A stretch of 64,000 nt of DNA, taken from assembly GCA_040220235.1 (NCBI GenBank), contig JAVJTO010000051.1. The stretch is one strand, 5' to 3'. This DNA comes from Coleofasciculus sp. B1-GNL1-01 (GTDB lineage Bacteria > Cyanobacteriota > Cyanobacteriia > Cyanobacteriales > Coleofasciculaceae). Both the position numbers and the translations under genes were made by a program. Below, piece by piece: positions 1-11,253 of this stretch; the first letter of the stretch is position 1, and every line of letters starts with the position of its first letter. The notes beneath the pieces were generated by a model. The model did not search any database. It was not told where the DNA came from and saw nothing but the letters and a program-made list of their open reading frames with translations.

Positions 1-272
1 TTTGGGGATGCCACGTTGAATGAGTTCGTGGTCGATGACAATCTCAGTGCTATTGTGCTGAATCCAGACTTTGCCATCAATACACTGACAAAACTTTTCA
101 CTTCTACTGCAATTTTACGACCTTCTTTTTCGGCAGCGATCGCTTCTTGTGCTGCAAGGTCTATATAAATGTCAGCAATACCATAGCGCAAACGATAGGG
201 GTCATGGGTGATTGTCCAGCTGTCCTTTTGTAGAGCCAGTTTCACAATATCGTGAAAAATATCTTTTGCCAT
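1..272 (-). pseudogene. xisH: XisH N-terminus fused out of frame to an XisI C-terminal remnant (deleted xisHI pair); runs off the window edge
   Basis: Manual translation from ATG 272 gives MAKDIFHDIVKLALQKDSWTITHDPY...AAEKEGRKIAVEVKSF (XisH-like). Below ~83 another frame reads IDGKVWIQHNSTEIVIDHELIQRGIPK (XisI-like). Confidence 0.75.
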
Positions 273-2080
273 TACCGCCACCCCAACCAGCGCAGTACAG
301 GAACCAGCAGATAACAACTGACGCCTAACCAAAAGCCTATCGTAATCCCAAGTAAACCAAAAAAACTAATGGTATTGATAAAATCTAACCAACTGCCATC
401 GGAGAAGGAAAAGATGTGAATTAATACCTCCAATGGCAAAATATTTAACCGAACTAAGCCGGAAAATATCACACCCGTACCCGCTGCGGCTACGGCGGCA
501 TGAACCAGGTAATGACTGGGTAAACCTAATCCTAACACCAAGGGAATAACCGCAATAGCTGTGACTAAACCCAGTAACCGATCCGCGATCGCATACGATA
601 ACGATACCTGCAAAAAATCCCCCAATCCTGTCAATTGTTTCCTAGCTAAAGCGGAGATCGACGCCTGCCAAATAAACCAACCCACACCATAGCCGAAAAT
701 CCCGGTTATCCCAGCAATAATCCGCCGTTTTTGTTGACCGAATCCTCCCGCCTCCGTTAATCCCCAAGCCGTCCCCAAACCCGCACAAGCGAACATCAGC
801 AGTTCCCGCCAGGGGATAATTTGAATTTCGGGAACGATTAACGTCCATTGTCCGATCATCCAATCGGCAAAGCGATCGCCTATAATCGTCCAGTTAATCA
901 AAGCAAATCCCGCGATCGCGCCAAAGGCTGCACCCATTCCCGCCATAACCATTTCCCAGGTGGTATCTAAACAAGCCAGAACCATGCTGATAAAGACTCG
1001 CCACATCCAACGCACTAGGCTAAAGATAATTTCAGCGCAGGTAATCAGAACCCGACTAGAAATCTCCTGTGCTGTTCCGGCAGCTTTAGCCAGCGTCTGA
1101 GATAATGAGGAAGACGATTTTCCTTTAAAACGGCAACTGACAACCAAACGCCGTTGAATCTCGGCAGCTTTAGTGGGTCTATGGTGAGGATCAAGGCGAA
1201 TCATACTATCGAGTAAGTTAGCTAAACCCCGACGGACTTTAGTGCGATCGCGCCAGTGAAATTCTCCCGTCGCTGGATCTTGTAACTCTGCCAAATCTTG
1301 ACCCGTGAGTAATTGAATCATGGTACGCCCTAAGGCATAAAAATCAGCCCTTGGTCCCACTACATCCCCCGCAATCTGTTCAGGGGGACTGTAACCCGGA
1401 GAAATTAAGCGGGTGGAACGATTCTCTTTCCCCACAGGTATTGCACCAATTTGTTTCGCGCCGCCAAAATCAATCGCCACCAACTGACCCGTTCCCTCTC
1501 GTACCATTAAGTTTGAGGGTTTAATGTCACGGTGAATAATTCCCAAATCATGTAACTCCTGGAGAATATCAGCCGCTTGATACAGCCAATTCATAATCAA
1601 CATCTCCGGACACCCCTGAGGGTAACGGTTTAAGATCGCCTCCAGCGTCTGACCATTTATTTTTTCCATAACCAGACAAGGGAGTACGCGCTGTGGGCAG
1701 GATCTCAGACGTATAGTGAAATAGGCATCAGACTCCACTTTAGGTACACCCGGATGTTGCAGACGTTGCAATACGGCTGCTTCTTGTTCGAATAGCTGCA
1801 ACGCCTTGGGTGATGTTTCTACCAATACCTTCAATACTTTTTCCGTTTGATCCTGCTGATCCCAAATCGTGTAAATTGCCGCAAATCCCCCTAAACCCAA
1901 ACGCTGAAGAGGAATGTAGCGATTATTTAGCCGCAGCATCGATCCACAACTGCTACAAAACTTAAAGTCCCCAGATTGAGGATAAGGACGGGGGCAGTCG
2001 GGATTAATACAATAGACCGACTCGATAAATAACTGATGCACGATCACCAGCGATAGACGGTGCCTCTTGATTCTACACAA
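272..2080 (-). CDS. Pkn2-type Ser/Thr protein kinase with N-terminal Cys zinc ribbon and C-terminal multi-pass membrane region (true start probably ~20 codons downstream)
   Basis: YCINPDC..FCSSCG; LGLGGFA Gly loop; HRDIKPSN; DFG; hydrophobic C-terminal half. Confidence 0.92.
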   Translation of the reverse strand: MCRIKRHRLSLVIVHQLFIESVYCINPDCPRPYPQSGDFKFCSSCGSMLRLNNRYIPLQRLGLGGFAAIYTIWDQQDQTEKVLKVLVETSPKALQLFEQEAAVLQRLQHPGVPKVESDAYFTIRLRSCPQRVLPCLVMEKINGQTLEAILNRYPQGCPEMLIMNWLYQAADILQELHDLGIIHRDIKPSNLMVREGTGQLVAIDFGGAKQIGAIPVGKENRSTRLISPGYSPPEQIAGDVVGPRADFYALGRTMIQLLTGQDLAELQDPATGEFHWRDRTKVRRGLANLLDSMIRLDPHHRPTKAAEIQRRLVVSCRFKGKSSSSLSQTLAKAAGTAQEISSRVLITCAEIIFSLVRWMWRVFISMVLACLDTTWEMVMAGMGAAFGAIAGFALINWTIIGDRFADWMIGQWTLIVPEIQIIPWRELLMFACAGLGTAWGLTEAGGFGQQKRRIIAGITGIFGYGVGWFIWQASISALARKQLTGLGDFLQVSLSYAIADRLLGLVTAIAVIPLVLGLGLPSHYLVHAAVAAAGTGVIFSGLVRLNILPLEVLIHIFSFSDGSWLDFINTISFFGLLGITIGFWLGVSCYLLVPVLRWLGWR

Positions 2081-2197
2081 TAAATTCCCCAGTCCTGTCC
2101 GTCATGGGGACTTAACGCTTTAATTAAAAATTAAAAGTAATAAATTTATATTATATCATCCCAGGGCATCTCCGATTTTAGCGGCTAAAAGTTTTGT

Positions 2198-2271
2198 TAT
2201 AAGTAGGTGGACAAAATTAAAGTTAAAGGTGGAGAACTCGCTGCCTGAAAAAAAGTAAGCTACGTCCTTTG
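2198..2271 (+). repeat. Dispersed MITE-like end motif TATAAGTAGGTGGAC..AATTAAAGTTAA.GGTGGAGA; further copies at ~31833-31871 and ~42313-42385
   Basis: Three similar intergenic copies seen by eye. Confidence 0.6.
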
Positions 2272-2773
2272 GAGATCCAGCATTTCAAACCCCCCTTTTT
2301 AACGATGGGCTTTCTTTACTCCTTCTGTCTTTTGCCTGATGCCGACCCAAACAAGATAAGTTAACCTGCGTTGATTATCAGGGGAGCATCCTCCCCAGTT
2401 CACCCGACAATAATATATCTGCCAAAAGAAAAGAAAGATTGCCTCTTGTTGCTCATCTTCACATTATTTTCACAATTAAAGGCTATAGTCTGCGCTTTCT
2501 TGCAGCTAAAAGACAGAAAACACCATCAATATAAAAGAAAGATAAATTACCGTCTAGCAATAGTATAAAGATTGCGTATAGATTTTTTTACTTTACGAAA
2601 ATCAAGAAAGATTAATGTTATTAATTTAAATAAGCGAATCGATTGTGAAGTTTAGATGAGTCATAGTCGATTTTAGTGTGTATGCCGCTCCTTGTGGTCA
2701 GCGATCGCGAATAGCCATCCAAAGATGACTGCTTTCTGGAAACTAACTGATTACACTGATTAATCCAAACGTT

Positions 2774-5700
2774 ATGCAACTAGACGCCAACCTCGCTGGG
2801 ACTGACGATACATCAATGATGAGTATGCAACATAATCACAATCTTCCTCATCAAGACCATCCAGGCAAGCAAACCGAACATCTAGAACTATTGGATTTAG
2901 TTCCTCATTCAGCCGCAACTCATGTCGCTATAAACGATGGGTCATGGTTTGATCCAAATACATGGGAGCAAGGTCAAGTTCCTGGAACTGATGCTAAAGT
3001 CGTCATTTCTGAAGGCGTTCATGTCACCTACGACGCCGAGAGTGACACTCGTCTAGAAACCGTGCGCGTGGACGGAACATTGGAATTCGCCCACAACCGC
3101 AATACCAAAATCGTCGTAGACACATTTATCGCATCACCGACAAGTACATTAACGATTGGTAGTGAAGCCAATCCGATTCAAGCCAATAAAACTGCCCGAA
3201 TTGTCATTGCCAACGATGGAGAAATTGATGCCAATTGGGACTCCACACTCATTAGTCGTGGCGTTATCACTCACGGTCAAGTTAGAATCCATGGTGCAGA
3301 AAAACTCGATTTTATATCGCTGCAAACAGACGCATCAGCCGGTGATAATGAACTGGTGTTAAATCTGCCCGATGGCATGACTACACCTGCTGGCTGGCAA
3401 GTTGGGGATCAATTAGTCTTAGGTGGAACATCCTACAATCCCGACGGTTCGGATGAAGATAACAGTCGGTTCCAAGATGAAGTCCTAACCATCACCGAAA
3501 TTAACGGCAACCGGATTCAATTTACCAACAACGACATTACTTCTGGTGATAACACCGTACTCCGATTTGACCACCAGCGCCCCGAAGGATTCGAGGACGA
3601 GGACTTAAACCTTTACATCGCCAACACCAGTCGGAACGTTATCTTCGAGACCGAAAACGCTGAGACAGTCCCCACTCAGCAACGGGGTCATGTGATGTTC
3701 ATGCATAACCCCGATGTCGAGGTACAAAACGCCGGATTTTACAACTTGGGACGGACGGATAAAAATCAGCTTGTTGATGACCCAGGAGAAAATGTCGATG
3801 GTTCGCCCGGTTCCGGAACCAATCCCCGTGGGCGATATGCATTGCATCTGCATCGCACTGGGGCTGAGGATATCAACAGTACACCGTCTCTAGTCAAAGG
3901 TAACGCCATTGTCGGCAGTCCGGGGTGGGGAATTGTGCATCATGACAGCCACGCCGTCTTGGAAGACAATGTGGTGTTCGATGTTGTTGGGTCTGGAATT
4001 GCCGCAGAAGCCGGAAATGAACTCGGTGCATGGCGCAATAACATTACCATCAAAACTACAGGCGATGACCGTCCCCAAGGAGATTTAGATAACTCAGATC
4101 GTGCTGCTTTCTTTGACTTCGGCTTTAACGGTGAGGGGTACTGGGTGCAAGGAGCTGCCCAAGTGGAGATGGTTGACAATATTGCCATTAGTGCAGCAGG
4201 TAGCGGGATCAATATTTTCAGTCATGCGAATGGTATAAGTAGTGTCAGAGATGCTGATAATGTCGCAATCGCTAACTTGCCCCCAGAACGACAATTTCTC
4301 TACCAAGCTTTTGAGGGTAATGATGATCCCAATACAATCGATGTGGCGAATGTACCCCTGCGTCGGTTATCAGGCTTCGAGAGCTATAACTCGGATGTGG
4401 GGATCATCTTCTGGAAACACATGTGGAACAACGATGGTCAGTTGGCGTTTCAGGCTGGCGGTTTGAAAGAACCTCATGATGCTCGTTCCCTGGTTGATAA
4501 TTTCAAACTTTGGAATATCCATGGTGAAGGGATTTTTACTAAGTACAGCACACAGATTGATTTTGTCAATGGGCTGATTGTTGGTAACGTTGAGAAACCC
4601 GTTTCCGTGGAATGGAGATCTCAGAACGCAGGTCGTGGTCACGGTATCAGTGGCAACACTCCTGCTCAAGACTTTTTGTATAAAAATCTTCGCATTGAAG
4701 GCTTCGAGCAAGGGATTCGCTTACCGCGAGAGGGAGATTACAACAATCCGATATCATTCCTTGGCTCACGTCTTGAAGACAGCTATTTAGCAAACAACAC
4801 CAATAACCTATCAAAGAAGCGGCATTCCTTTGGTGACCCAAAGGCTTTCCCGGATTACTTTGAGATTGTAAACACTCAGTTTGAAAGTTCTGCTTCTAAC
4901 CTTGCTCCCACTGCTGCTTTCAGTTATGAGTCCGTTGGTGATCAAGGTGTTGTCACCTTTGATGCTAGCGATTCATTCGACAGCGACCCATCCACCTCAC
5001 TGGAACTTGCTGGTAACGCGATCGCGAGTTACGGTTGGGATTTTGATAATGATGGAAGTATCGACGAATTCGGTCGCCAAGTCAATCACCAATTTGACTC
5101 AATCGGTTCTCACAATGTCAGCCTGACGGTTTGGGATAGCCAAGGCGCAACCAGTACCCTAACTCAACAGGTTCAGGTCATCCCAACACCTTATCCAAAC
5201 TTAATCACAGACAGCACCTTTAGCGTTTCTCAGGAATTTGGTGGAGCTGGCCATGCCTTTAACAGCTCACGCGCAGGAGAGGGTTGGATTGCCTCGAGAT
5301 GGTCACTAGATCCTGACATTGGCGATGATGGTGCTGCTGTTGTCTCAGGGGGTCCTGCGAATGTGGGAATCGGTCAAATATTTCTGGATAAGGGTGTTCG
5401 GCGGGGTCAGCAGAGTCTGAGTATTGATATCAAAAACACCGAAGGCACAGATAAGGCAAATGAAATTACGGTTAGTGTCTGGGGTGTTGATGGAGAATTT
5501 AATAATAAAGTATGGCGTCTTGATGGTCCAAACCAAGCGGGAGCAATTCCGATGACCAAGGAGATGCTCTTACAGCAAACTGTCGGGGGTTCAACTTTCG
5601 ACTGGACTACTTTCAACTGGGATGTGGACTTCGGTGAGGGGTATCAATTCCTAGTGTTCCAAGTGGCTGTCGATGATCCTGACCTAGAGAAAGGCGACTT

Positions 5701-7525
5701 CATTGCCATTGACAATATCTCTATCGACGATGATCTTCCTACTAATAGTAGCGGGAATGGTCTAAAAGCCGAATATTACAATAACCGCGATTTTACCGAC
5801 TTAGCCTTAACTCGCACTGATGAAACTGTGGACTTTAACTGGGGTTCAGGTTCACCCGATGCGACGATAGACGCCAATACCTACTCGGTACGCTGGACAG
5901 GTTCAGTCGCACCTCTCTACTCAGAAACCTACGAATTCTTCACCAATTCTGATGATGGTGTACGCCTGTGGGTGGATGACCAACTACTGATTGACAATTG
6001 GACAAATCACGCGGCGACAGAAAATAGTGGCACAATTGACCTGCAAGCGGGTCAACAGTATGACATCCGCATGGACTACTACGAAAATAAAGGCAAATCA
6101 GTAGCACAATTATTGTGGTCAAGTGAGAATCAAAGTAAGGAGATTATTCCGGAATCTCAGCTTTATTCTCCTGCTGTTGATACGCTCAGTCCAGATGTGA
6201 GTGGTAACAGTCAAGATAAGGAGATTGTTCCGGAAGCTCAGCTTTATTCCCCTGCTGTTGATACTCCCAGTCCAGAGGTTAGTGGTAATGGTACAGGGTT
6301 AACAGCCGAATACTACAATAACCGCGATTTTACCGACTTAGCCCTAACTCGCACCGATGAAACTGTGGACTTTAACTGGGGTTCAGGTTCACCCGATGCG
6401 ACGATAGACGCCAATACCTACTCGGTACGCTGGACGGGTTCAGTCGCACCCCTCTACTCAGAAACCTACGAATTCTTCACCAATTCTGATGATGGTGTAC
6501 GCCTGTGGGTGGATGACCAGCTACTGATTGACAATTGGACAAATCACGCGGCGACAGAAAATAGTGGCACAATTGACCTGCAAGGGGGTCAACAGTATGA
6601 CATCCGCATGGACTACTACGAAAACAAAGGGAAATCGGTAGCACAATTGTTGTGGTCAAGTGAGAGTCAAAGTAAAGAGATTATTCCGGAATCTCAGCTT
6701 TATTCTCCTGCTGTTGATACGCCCAGTCCAGATGTGAGTGGTAACGGTACAGGTTTAACTGCCGAATATTACAACAACCGCGATTTTACCGACTTAGCCT
6801 TAACTCGCACTGATGAAACTGTGGACTTTAACTGGGGTTCAGGTTCACCCGATGCGGCGATAGATTCCAATACCTACTCGGTACGCTGGACGGGGTTTGT
6901 GGAACCGCTTTATTCCGAAACCTATCAGTTCAAAACCTCTTCTGATGATGGGGTGCGATTGTGGGTAAATGACCAGCTACTGGTTGATAATTGGACAGAC
7001 CATGCGGTTACCGATAATCGTGGCACGATTGACCTAGAGGCGGGACAACAGTACGAAATTCGCATGGAGTATTATGAAAACTGGGGGAAATCAGTGGCAC
7101 AACTGGCTTGGTCGAGTGCGAGTCAATCGGAGGAGATTATCCCTCAAAGTCAGCTTTATGCGGCTAATTCCAGTGATTTTTCGGTGAATGCAATGATGCA
7201 AAATACTGCTGATTCTTTGACAACGGTTGCGTCGGGAGGTGACGAACTTTTAGGCAATACAGGTGTTGAGGGTTTCGACAATGATGGACATTCGCATCTG
7301 CTTGTAACTGAAGAAAATGGCAGTCAGGAGAGCTTTGATCCTTCAACTGAACAAATGACTTTAGCTAGTCATCAAGATGTATCAGACTCGTTTACTGCTA
7401 GTGAAGTGACGCCGATTAATCTGACAAACAGCATCGGTATCGGAGATCCTTTCACGAATGAGACTGTTGAATCTCTGATTGAAATGCCTCAAGCTGAACT
7501 GCTGACGGTTCCAACGCTTGTGTAA
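2774..7525 (+). CDS. Large G8-domain / parallel beta-helix / PKD / 3x PA14 protein (putative extracellular glycan-binding or -processing protein)
   Basis: G8 start (GSWFDPNTW..GQVP); GRYALHLH motif; PKD (VTFDASDSFD..YGWDFD); three PA14 repeats (GLTAEYYNN..YSVRWTG..SDDGVRLWVDDQLLIDNW). Confidence 0.85.
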   Translation: MQLDANLAGTDDTSMMSMQHNHNLPHQDHPGKQTEHLELLDLVPHSAATHVAINDGSWFDPNTWEQGQVPGTDAKVVISEGVHVTYDAESDTRLETVRVDGTLEFAHNRNTKIVVDTFIASPTSTLTIGSEANPIQANKTARIVIANDGEIDANWDSTLISRGVITHGQVRIHGAEKLDFISLQTDASAGDNELVLNLPDGMTTPAGWQVGDQLVLGGTSYNPDGSDEDNSRFQDEVLTITEINGNRIQFTNNDITSGDNTVLRFDHQRPEGFEDEDLNLYIANTSRNVIFETENAETVPTQQRGHVMFMHNPDVEVQNAGFYNLGRTDKNQLVDDPGENVDGSPGSGTNPRGRYALHLHRTGAEDINSTPSLVKGNAIVGSPGWGIVHHDSHAVLEDNVVFDVVGSGIAAEAGNELGAWRNNITIKTTGDDRPQGDLDNSDRAAFFDFGFNGEGYWVQGAAQVEMVDNIAISAAGSGINIFSHANGISSVRDADNVAIANLPPERQFLYQAFEGNDDPNTIDVANVPLRRLSGFESYNSDVGIIFWKHMWNNDGQLAFQAGGLKEPHDARSLVDNFKLWNIHGEGIFTKYSTQIDFVNGLIVGNVEKPVSVEWRSQNAGRGHGISGNTPAQDFLYKNLRIEGFEQGIRLPREGDYNNPISFLGSRLEDSYLANNTNNLSKKRHSFGDPKAFPDYFEIVNTQFESSASNLAPTAAFSYESVGDQGVVTFDASDSFDSDPSTSLELAGNAIASYGWDFDNDGSIDEFGRQVNHQFDSIGSHNVSLTVWDSQGATSTLTQQVQVIPTPYPNLITDSTFSVSQEFGGAGHAFNSSRAGEGWIASRWSLDPDIGDDGAAVVSGGPANVGIGQIFLDKGVRRGQQSLSIDIKNTEGTDKANEITVSVWGVDGEFNNKVWRLDGPNQAGAIPMTKEMLLQQTVGGSTFDWTTFNWDVDFGEGYQFLVFQVAVDDPDLEKGDFIAIDNISIDDDLPTNSSGNGLKAEYYNNRDFTDLALTRTDETVDFNWGSGSPDATIDANTYSVRWTGSVAPLYSETYEFFTNSDDGVRLWVDDQLLIDNWTNHAATENSGTIDLQAGQQYDIRMDYYENKGKSVAQLLWSSENQSKEIIPESQLYSPAVDTLSPDVSGNSQDKEIVPEAQLYSPAVDTPSPEVSGNGTGLTAEYYNNRDFTDLALTRTDETVDFNWGSGSPDATIDANTYSVRWTGSVAPLYSETYEFFTNSDDGVRLWVDDQLLIDNWTNHAATENSGTIDLQGGQQYDIRMDYYENKGKSVAQLLWSSESQSKEIIPESQLYSPAVDTPSPDVSGNGTGLTAEYYNNRDFTDLALTRTDETVDFNWGSGSPDAAIDSNTYSVRWTGFVEPLYSETYQFKTSSDDGVRLWVNDQLLVDNWTDHAVTDNRGTIDLEAGQQYEIRMEYYENWGKSVAQLAWSSASQSEEIIPQSQLYAANSSDFSVNAMMQNTADSLTTVASGGDELLGNTGVEGFDNDGHSHLLVTEENGSQESFDPSTEQMTLASHQDVSDSFTASEVTPINLTNSIGIGDPFTNETVESLIEMPQAELLTVPTLV

Positions 7526-7590
7526 TATCAGATTCGGTTCAGTCTACTGCTAGAATAGGGCACGGCAATGCCGTGTCCCTACCCTTCTAC

Positions 7591-8427
7591 CTAAATATGG
7601 GGATCTAAAGCGTCTCTTAAACCATCTCCGAGTAAATTAAAGGCTAAAACAGTTAGGGTAATAAACAAACCAGGAAACAAAATTGTCCAGGGAGATGATA
7701 GGGAATAGCCGCCCTTAAATGCATCGGATAACATCGTTCCTAATTCCGGCGTGGGAGGTTGTGCGCCTAACCCTAAAAAACCTAATCCCGCTGCTTCTAA
7801 GGTAGCCGTACCAATAGAAAGAGTGGCTTGAACAACTAAAGGACTTAAGCTAGCTGGTAAGATATGATAAACAATAATCCGTCCCGACGTAGCACCAAAC
7901 GATCGCACGGTTTGCACAAAGTCCTGTTCCCGCAAGGATAGCACCATACTGCGAGTCAAACGGATAAAGATGGGGACTTGCACCACACCCACAGCAATCA
8001 TCACACTGGAGATACTAGGACCGGTTACCGTGACGATCGCGATCGCAAGTAGAATTGAGGGAAAGGCTAACAGAATATCAGTGAACCAGCCAATCACGGT
8101 TTCTAACCCGCCTCGAAAATAACCCGCGATTAACCCCAACACAACTCCCACAATTAACCCTAATCCCACGGAAACTAAACCGATAAACAAAGACGTGCGT
8201 AACCCATACCATACCAGGTCAAGAATATCTCGTCCTAAACCATCAGTGCCAAACCAATGATCCAAGCTGGGGGGTTGTAACCGGGCGGTATAATTGCGAT
8301 CTGTTGCGGGATTATAAGGATTGAGAATCGGTGCTAGCAGCGCCAATATGATGATGGTGAACGTGATTCCTAGACCAATTTTGCCAGATGTTGATTGCCC
8401 AAATCGTTTAACGGCGTTGTTTTCCAT
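7591..8427 (-). CDS. dppC: Peptide/nickel ABC transporter permease (DppC/OppC family)
   Basis: HWFGTDGLGRD; EAA-like loop; LGFLGLGAQPPTPELG. Confidence 0.9.
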   Translation of the reverse strand: MENNAVKRFGQSTSGKIGLGITFTIIILALLAPILNPYNPATDRNYTARLQPPSLDHWFGTDGLGRDILDLVWYGLRTSLFIGLVSVGLGLIVGVVLGLIAGYFRGGLETVIGWFTDILLAFPSILLAIAIVTVTGPSISSVMIAVGVVQVPIFIRLTRSMVLSLREQDFVQTVRSFGATSGRIIVYHILPASLSPLVVQATLSIGTATLEAAGLGFLGLGAQPPTPELGTMLSDAFKGGYSLSSPWTILFPGLFITLTVLAFNLLGDGLRDALDPHI

Positions 8428-8568
8428 GGATGCTGGTAAGGGGGAACGGGAAATGGAGAGTCGGTGTTGTAGTTTTACCTAATCACCCCACACTCCATAC
8501 CGTGACTACTGTTTAAGTAGCTTACCTGTCCTTTTTGGTTTATGGCGCTAAAGCGCAACTACGAACAA

Positions 8569-10302
8569 TCAATAACGATTGCCTGATTTGCGGTGATGTA
8601 CGGCCGTCATCCCGGTTGATTGCAATACTTTACCATTATCAACAACCGCATAGACTAACCAGTGATCGCCGCAGTCCATCCGACTCTTAACCGTACATTC
8701 TAAATAAGCCAGGGCATCTTTAATAATCGGACAACCATTTTCCGCTGTTTCCGTCTCTAACCCCGCAAATCGATCATCCCCTGGGGCAAAGGATTGCAAG
8801 AAGTGTCGCCGGACATTCATCCCTTCTTTTAAGATATTCAGGACAAAACTATCTCCCGTATGCGTCAGAGATTCAACTGCCCGATCTTTGGCGATCGCAA
8901 CAGTAATTCCTGGCGGATTGAATGAGGCTTGCGTTACCCAAGAGGCTAACATACCACTGCGGACATTCCCGCGCTGCGCCGCGACAACACATAATGATCC
9001 GACAATTCGTCCCACCGCCTGCGCCGTTCGGTCAATTTGGGCGCTGCTGACGGCTTGTTTGGGGGCGCGGAATTTCTTGGATTTTTTCAGCGCCTGGGCA
9101 AAATCTGTGCCGACTTCTTTACAATATTGAATTGTCTCGTCGTCAGGTTTAAACTTAACTCGAATCGGTTCAAATCCCAGGCGATACCCCGCATCTAAGA
9201 GTTTACTTTCAATTTCATCAACGGCTTCGCCACTCCAGCCATACGATCCAAACACCCCAGCCAGTTTGGTTTTGGCAGCATTGGAGAGGACAATCCCTAA
9301 CGCCGTTTGCACTTGAGTGGGGGTATGTCCGCCTAGGGTTGGGGAACCAATTAAAAAGCCATCACTGCGTTGAATTGCGGCTTCAATATCAGTCGGTTCG
9401 GCAAATTCACAGTTAATCGATTCGACAGCTGCACCAGTTTTGGTGATTCCTTTGGCGATCGCTTGGGCTAAGGTTGCGGTATTTCCATAAGCTGATGCAT
9501 AAATTAGCGCCACTGTCAAGTCTTGTTCGGTTTGCTGCTGACCCCATTGGCGATAATCATGGATGAATCGGCTGAGGCTATAACGAACAATCGGACCATG
9601 ACCCGGGGCGTACATTTTCGCCGAGAACGTGGCTAGTTTGTTCAGGGCGACGTCTACCTGTCGTGCTTGGGCGGCATGGAGACAATCATAATAGTAGCGT
9701 CGGTCTTCGTCTAAGCGTTTCCAGTTTTCGTCAAAGAGTTCATCGCCGCAGACATGGGCGCCAAAGAGTTTATCGGTAAATAGGATACGACTTTGGGGGT
9801 CATAAGTACATTGTCCATCGGGCCAACGGGGTGTGGGGATGGGAATGAATTGTAGCTGATGATTTTGACCTAAATCTAAGGTTTCCTCGCCTTTAGGTAC
9901 CCAAACATTACATTGGTGTTCCCGTAAGGCATTTTGTAACGCAACTGCCCCGGCTTTAGAACAAACAAAGGTAATTTGCGGGGCTAAGTCTAGCAAGGCT
10001 TTCAGCGTCACCATTCGGTTGGGATTAACGTGACCTAAAATCACATAATCTAATTGCTGCACATTTAGGCATTGCTGCAATTGAGTCAGGAAGATTTCAG
10101 TAAACGATTCCCCTGGCGGATCAATCAGCGCTGTTTTATCGGCTTGGATAAGATAAGAGTTGGCAGTAGTCCCCCGTTGTAGGGAATATTCCACCTCAAA
10201 CTTGAGTCTATCCCAGGTTCGCGATCGCAAAACCGTTGTATCCGTTCCTTCGATGGCGACAACTTGGACATCACGGGGTTTAATATTAGGTATTGTAGTC
10301 AT
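8569..10302 (-). CDS. Flavodiiron protein (beta-lactamase-like, flavodoxin and flavin reductase domains), Flv1/Flv2-type with non-canonical iron ligands
   Basis: RSRTWDRLKFEVEY..RGTTANSYLI; HVNPNR in place of HTEPDH; SAYGNT flavodoxin motif; C-terminal GDHW and HHRKSG. Confidence 0.9.
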   Translation of the reverse strand: MTTIPNIKPRDVQVVAIEGTDTTVLRSRTWDRLKFEVEYSLQRGTTANSYLIQADKTALIDPPGESFTEIFLTQLQQCLNVQQLDYVILGHVNPNRMVTLKALLDLAPQITFVCSKAGAVALQNALREHQCNVWVPKGEETLDLGQNHQLQFIPIPTPRWPDGQCTYDPQSRILFTDKLFGAHVCGDELFDENWKRLDEDRRYYYDCLHAAQARQVDVALNKLATFSAKMYAPGHGPIVRYSLSRFIHDYRQWGQQQTEQDLTVALIYASAYGNTATLAQAIAKGITKTGAAVESINCEFAEPTDIEAAIQRSDGFLIGSPTLGGHTPTQVQTALGIVLSNAAKTKLAGVFGSYGWSGEAVDEIESKLLDAGYRLGFEPIRVKFKPDDETIQYCKEVGTDFAQALKKSKKFRAPKQAVSSAQIDRTAQAVGRIVGSLCVVAAQRGNVRSGMLASWVTQASFNPPGITVAIAKDRAVESLTHTGDSFVLNILKEGMNVRRHFLQSFAPGDDRFAGLETETAENGCPIIKDALAYLECTVKSRMDCGDHWLVYAVVDNGKVLQSTGMTAVHHRKSGNRY

Positions 10303-10477
10303 AGAGAATCAGTTGGATGAGATTAATGTTGACGGTTTAAATTAGGACTTACGCAAAGGATCTATATGTAGGGTGGGGAGAGCGTAGTGTAACGCATCTT
10401 AACCAATATATAGGGTGTGGCTGCGTAAGTTCTGAGATTAGGAAAAAGGGAACAGCAAATAACGTGATATTCGGAAT

Positions 10478-11065
10478 TCAGTGACCTCTTTTATCTGCCA
10501 CAACAGTCGTCTTGGGGTAAGGCGTTAACGGGTTATTATTAGAGTCATTAACCTGATGCTGAGTCGGCTGTTTATATCGAATAGAGAACCGTTTCTCCGG
10601 ATCAATCCCATCGAATGTTGGCGGCAAATAGACTCGTACAATTAATAAGGCTGCCATCACAATTAAGAACGCACAGGCAGCTAAAATTTGAATCCACGAG
10701 GTTTCCAAGACTCCTCGCACAATCACCTCCCGCAGAACGGAGACAATGGAAACTTCTACCGCGACGCCTATCGATACCCTTTGTTCTTGTAAGTAAATAA
10801 TCAGCAGTCGAAATAATTCAACCAAAATCAGCAAGAACAGAATATCTGACGTTACGCCAGGGAAATCTAAGGGCGGTAGCAACTCCACAAACATCTCTCG
10901 TAGCTGAATCGCCATAAAAGCAAATAAGCCAACACAGAGGGAAATGATAAATAAGTCTTGGATTGTTTCCAGCGCCCGGACAATGTGATTCCGCTTAACC
11001 TGTTCGTACCAGTTTGGCGGCGAGGATGGTAGAGGCTCGTGCATGGGAGGTTCCTTCTGTATCAC
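10478..11065 (-). CDS. PsiE-family membrane protein
   Basis: Four TM helices; LFLLILVELFRLLIIYL; EVSIVSVLREVI. Confidence 0.75.
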   Translation of the reverse strand: MIQKEPPMHEPLPSSPPNWYEQVKRNHIVRALETIQDLFIISLCVGLFAFMAIQLREMFVELLPPLDFPGVTSDILFLLILVELFRLLIIYLQEQRVSIGVAVEVSIVSVLREVIVRGVLETSWIQILAACAFLIVMAALLIVRVYLPPTFDGIDPEKRFSIRYKQPTQHQVNDSNNNPLTPYPKTTVVADKRGH

Positions 11066-11253
11066 TAGCTCCTAGATTACATTGTTAACGCTTATCACTG
11101 CAACATTTTTTTATTTGCAAATTTAATGTATTACATCAACAGATTATAGAGGGAGAGAGGCTAACGATTAAACCTTAAATATCAATAATGACGCCATACT
11201 TGTAGTACGAGCATCTTGCTCGCTACTCGTACCCAATTTAAATACATGACAGA

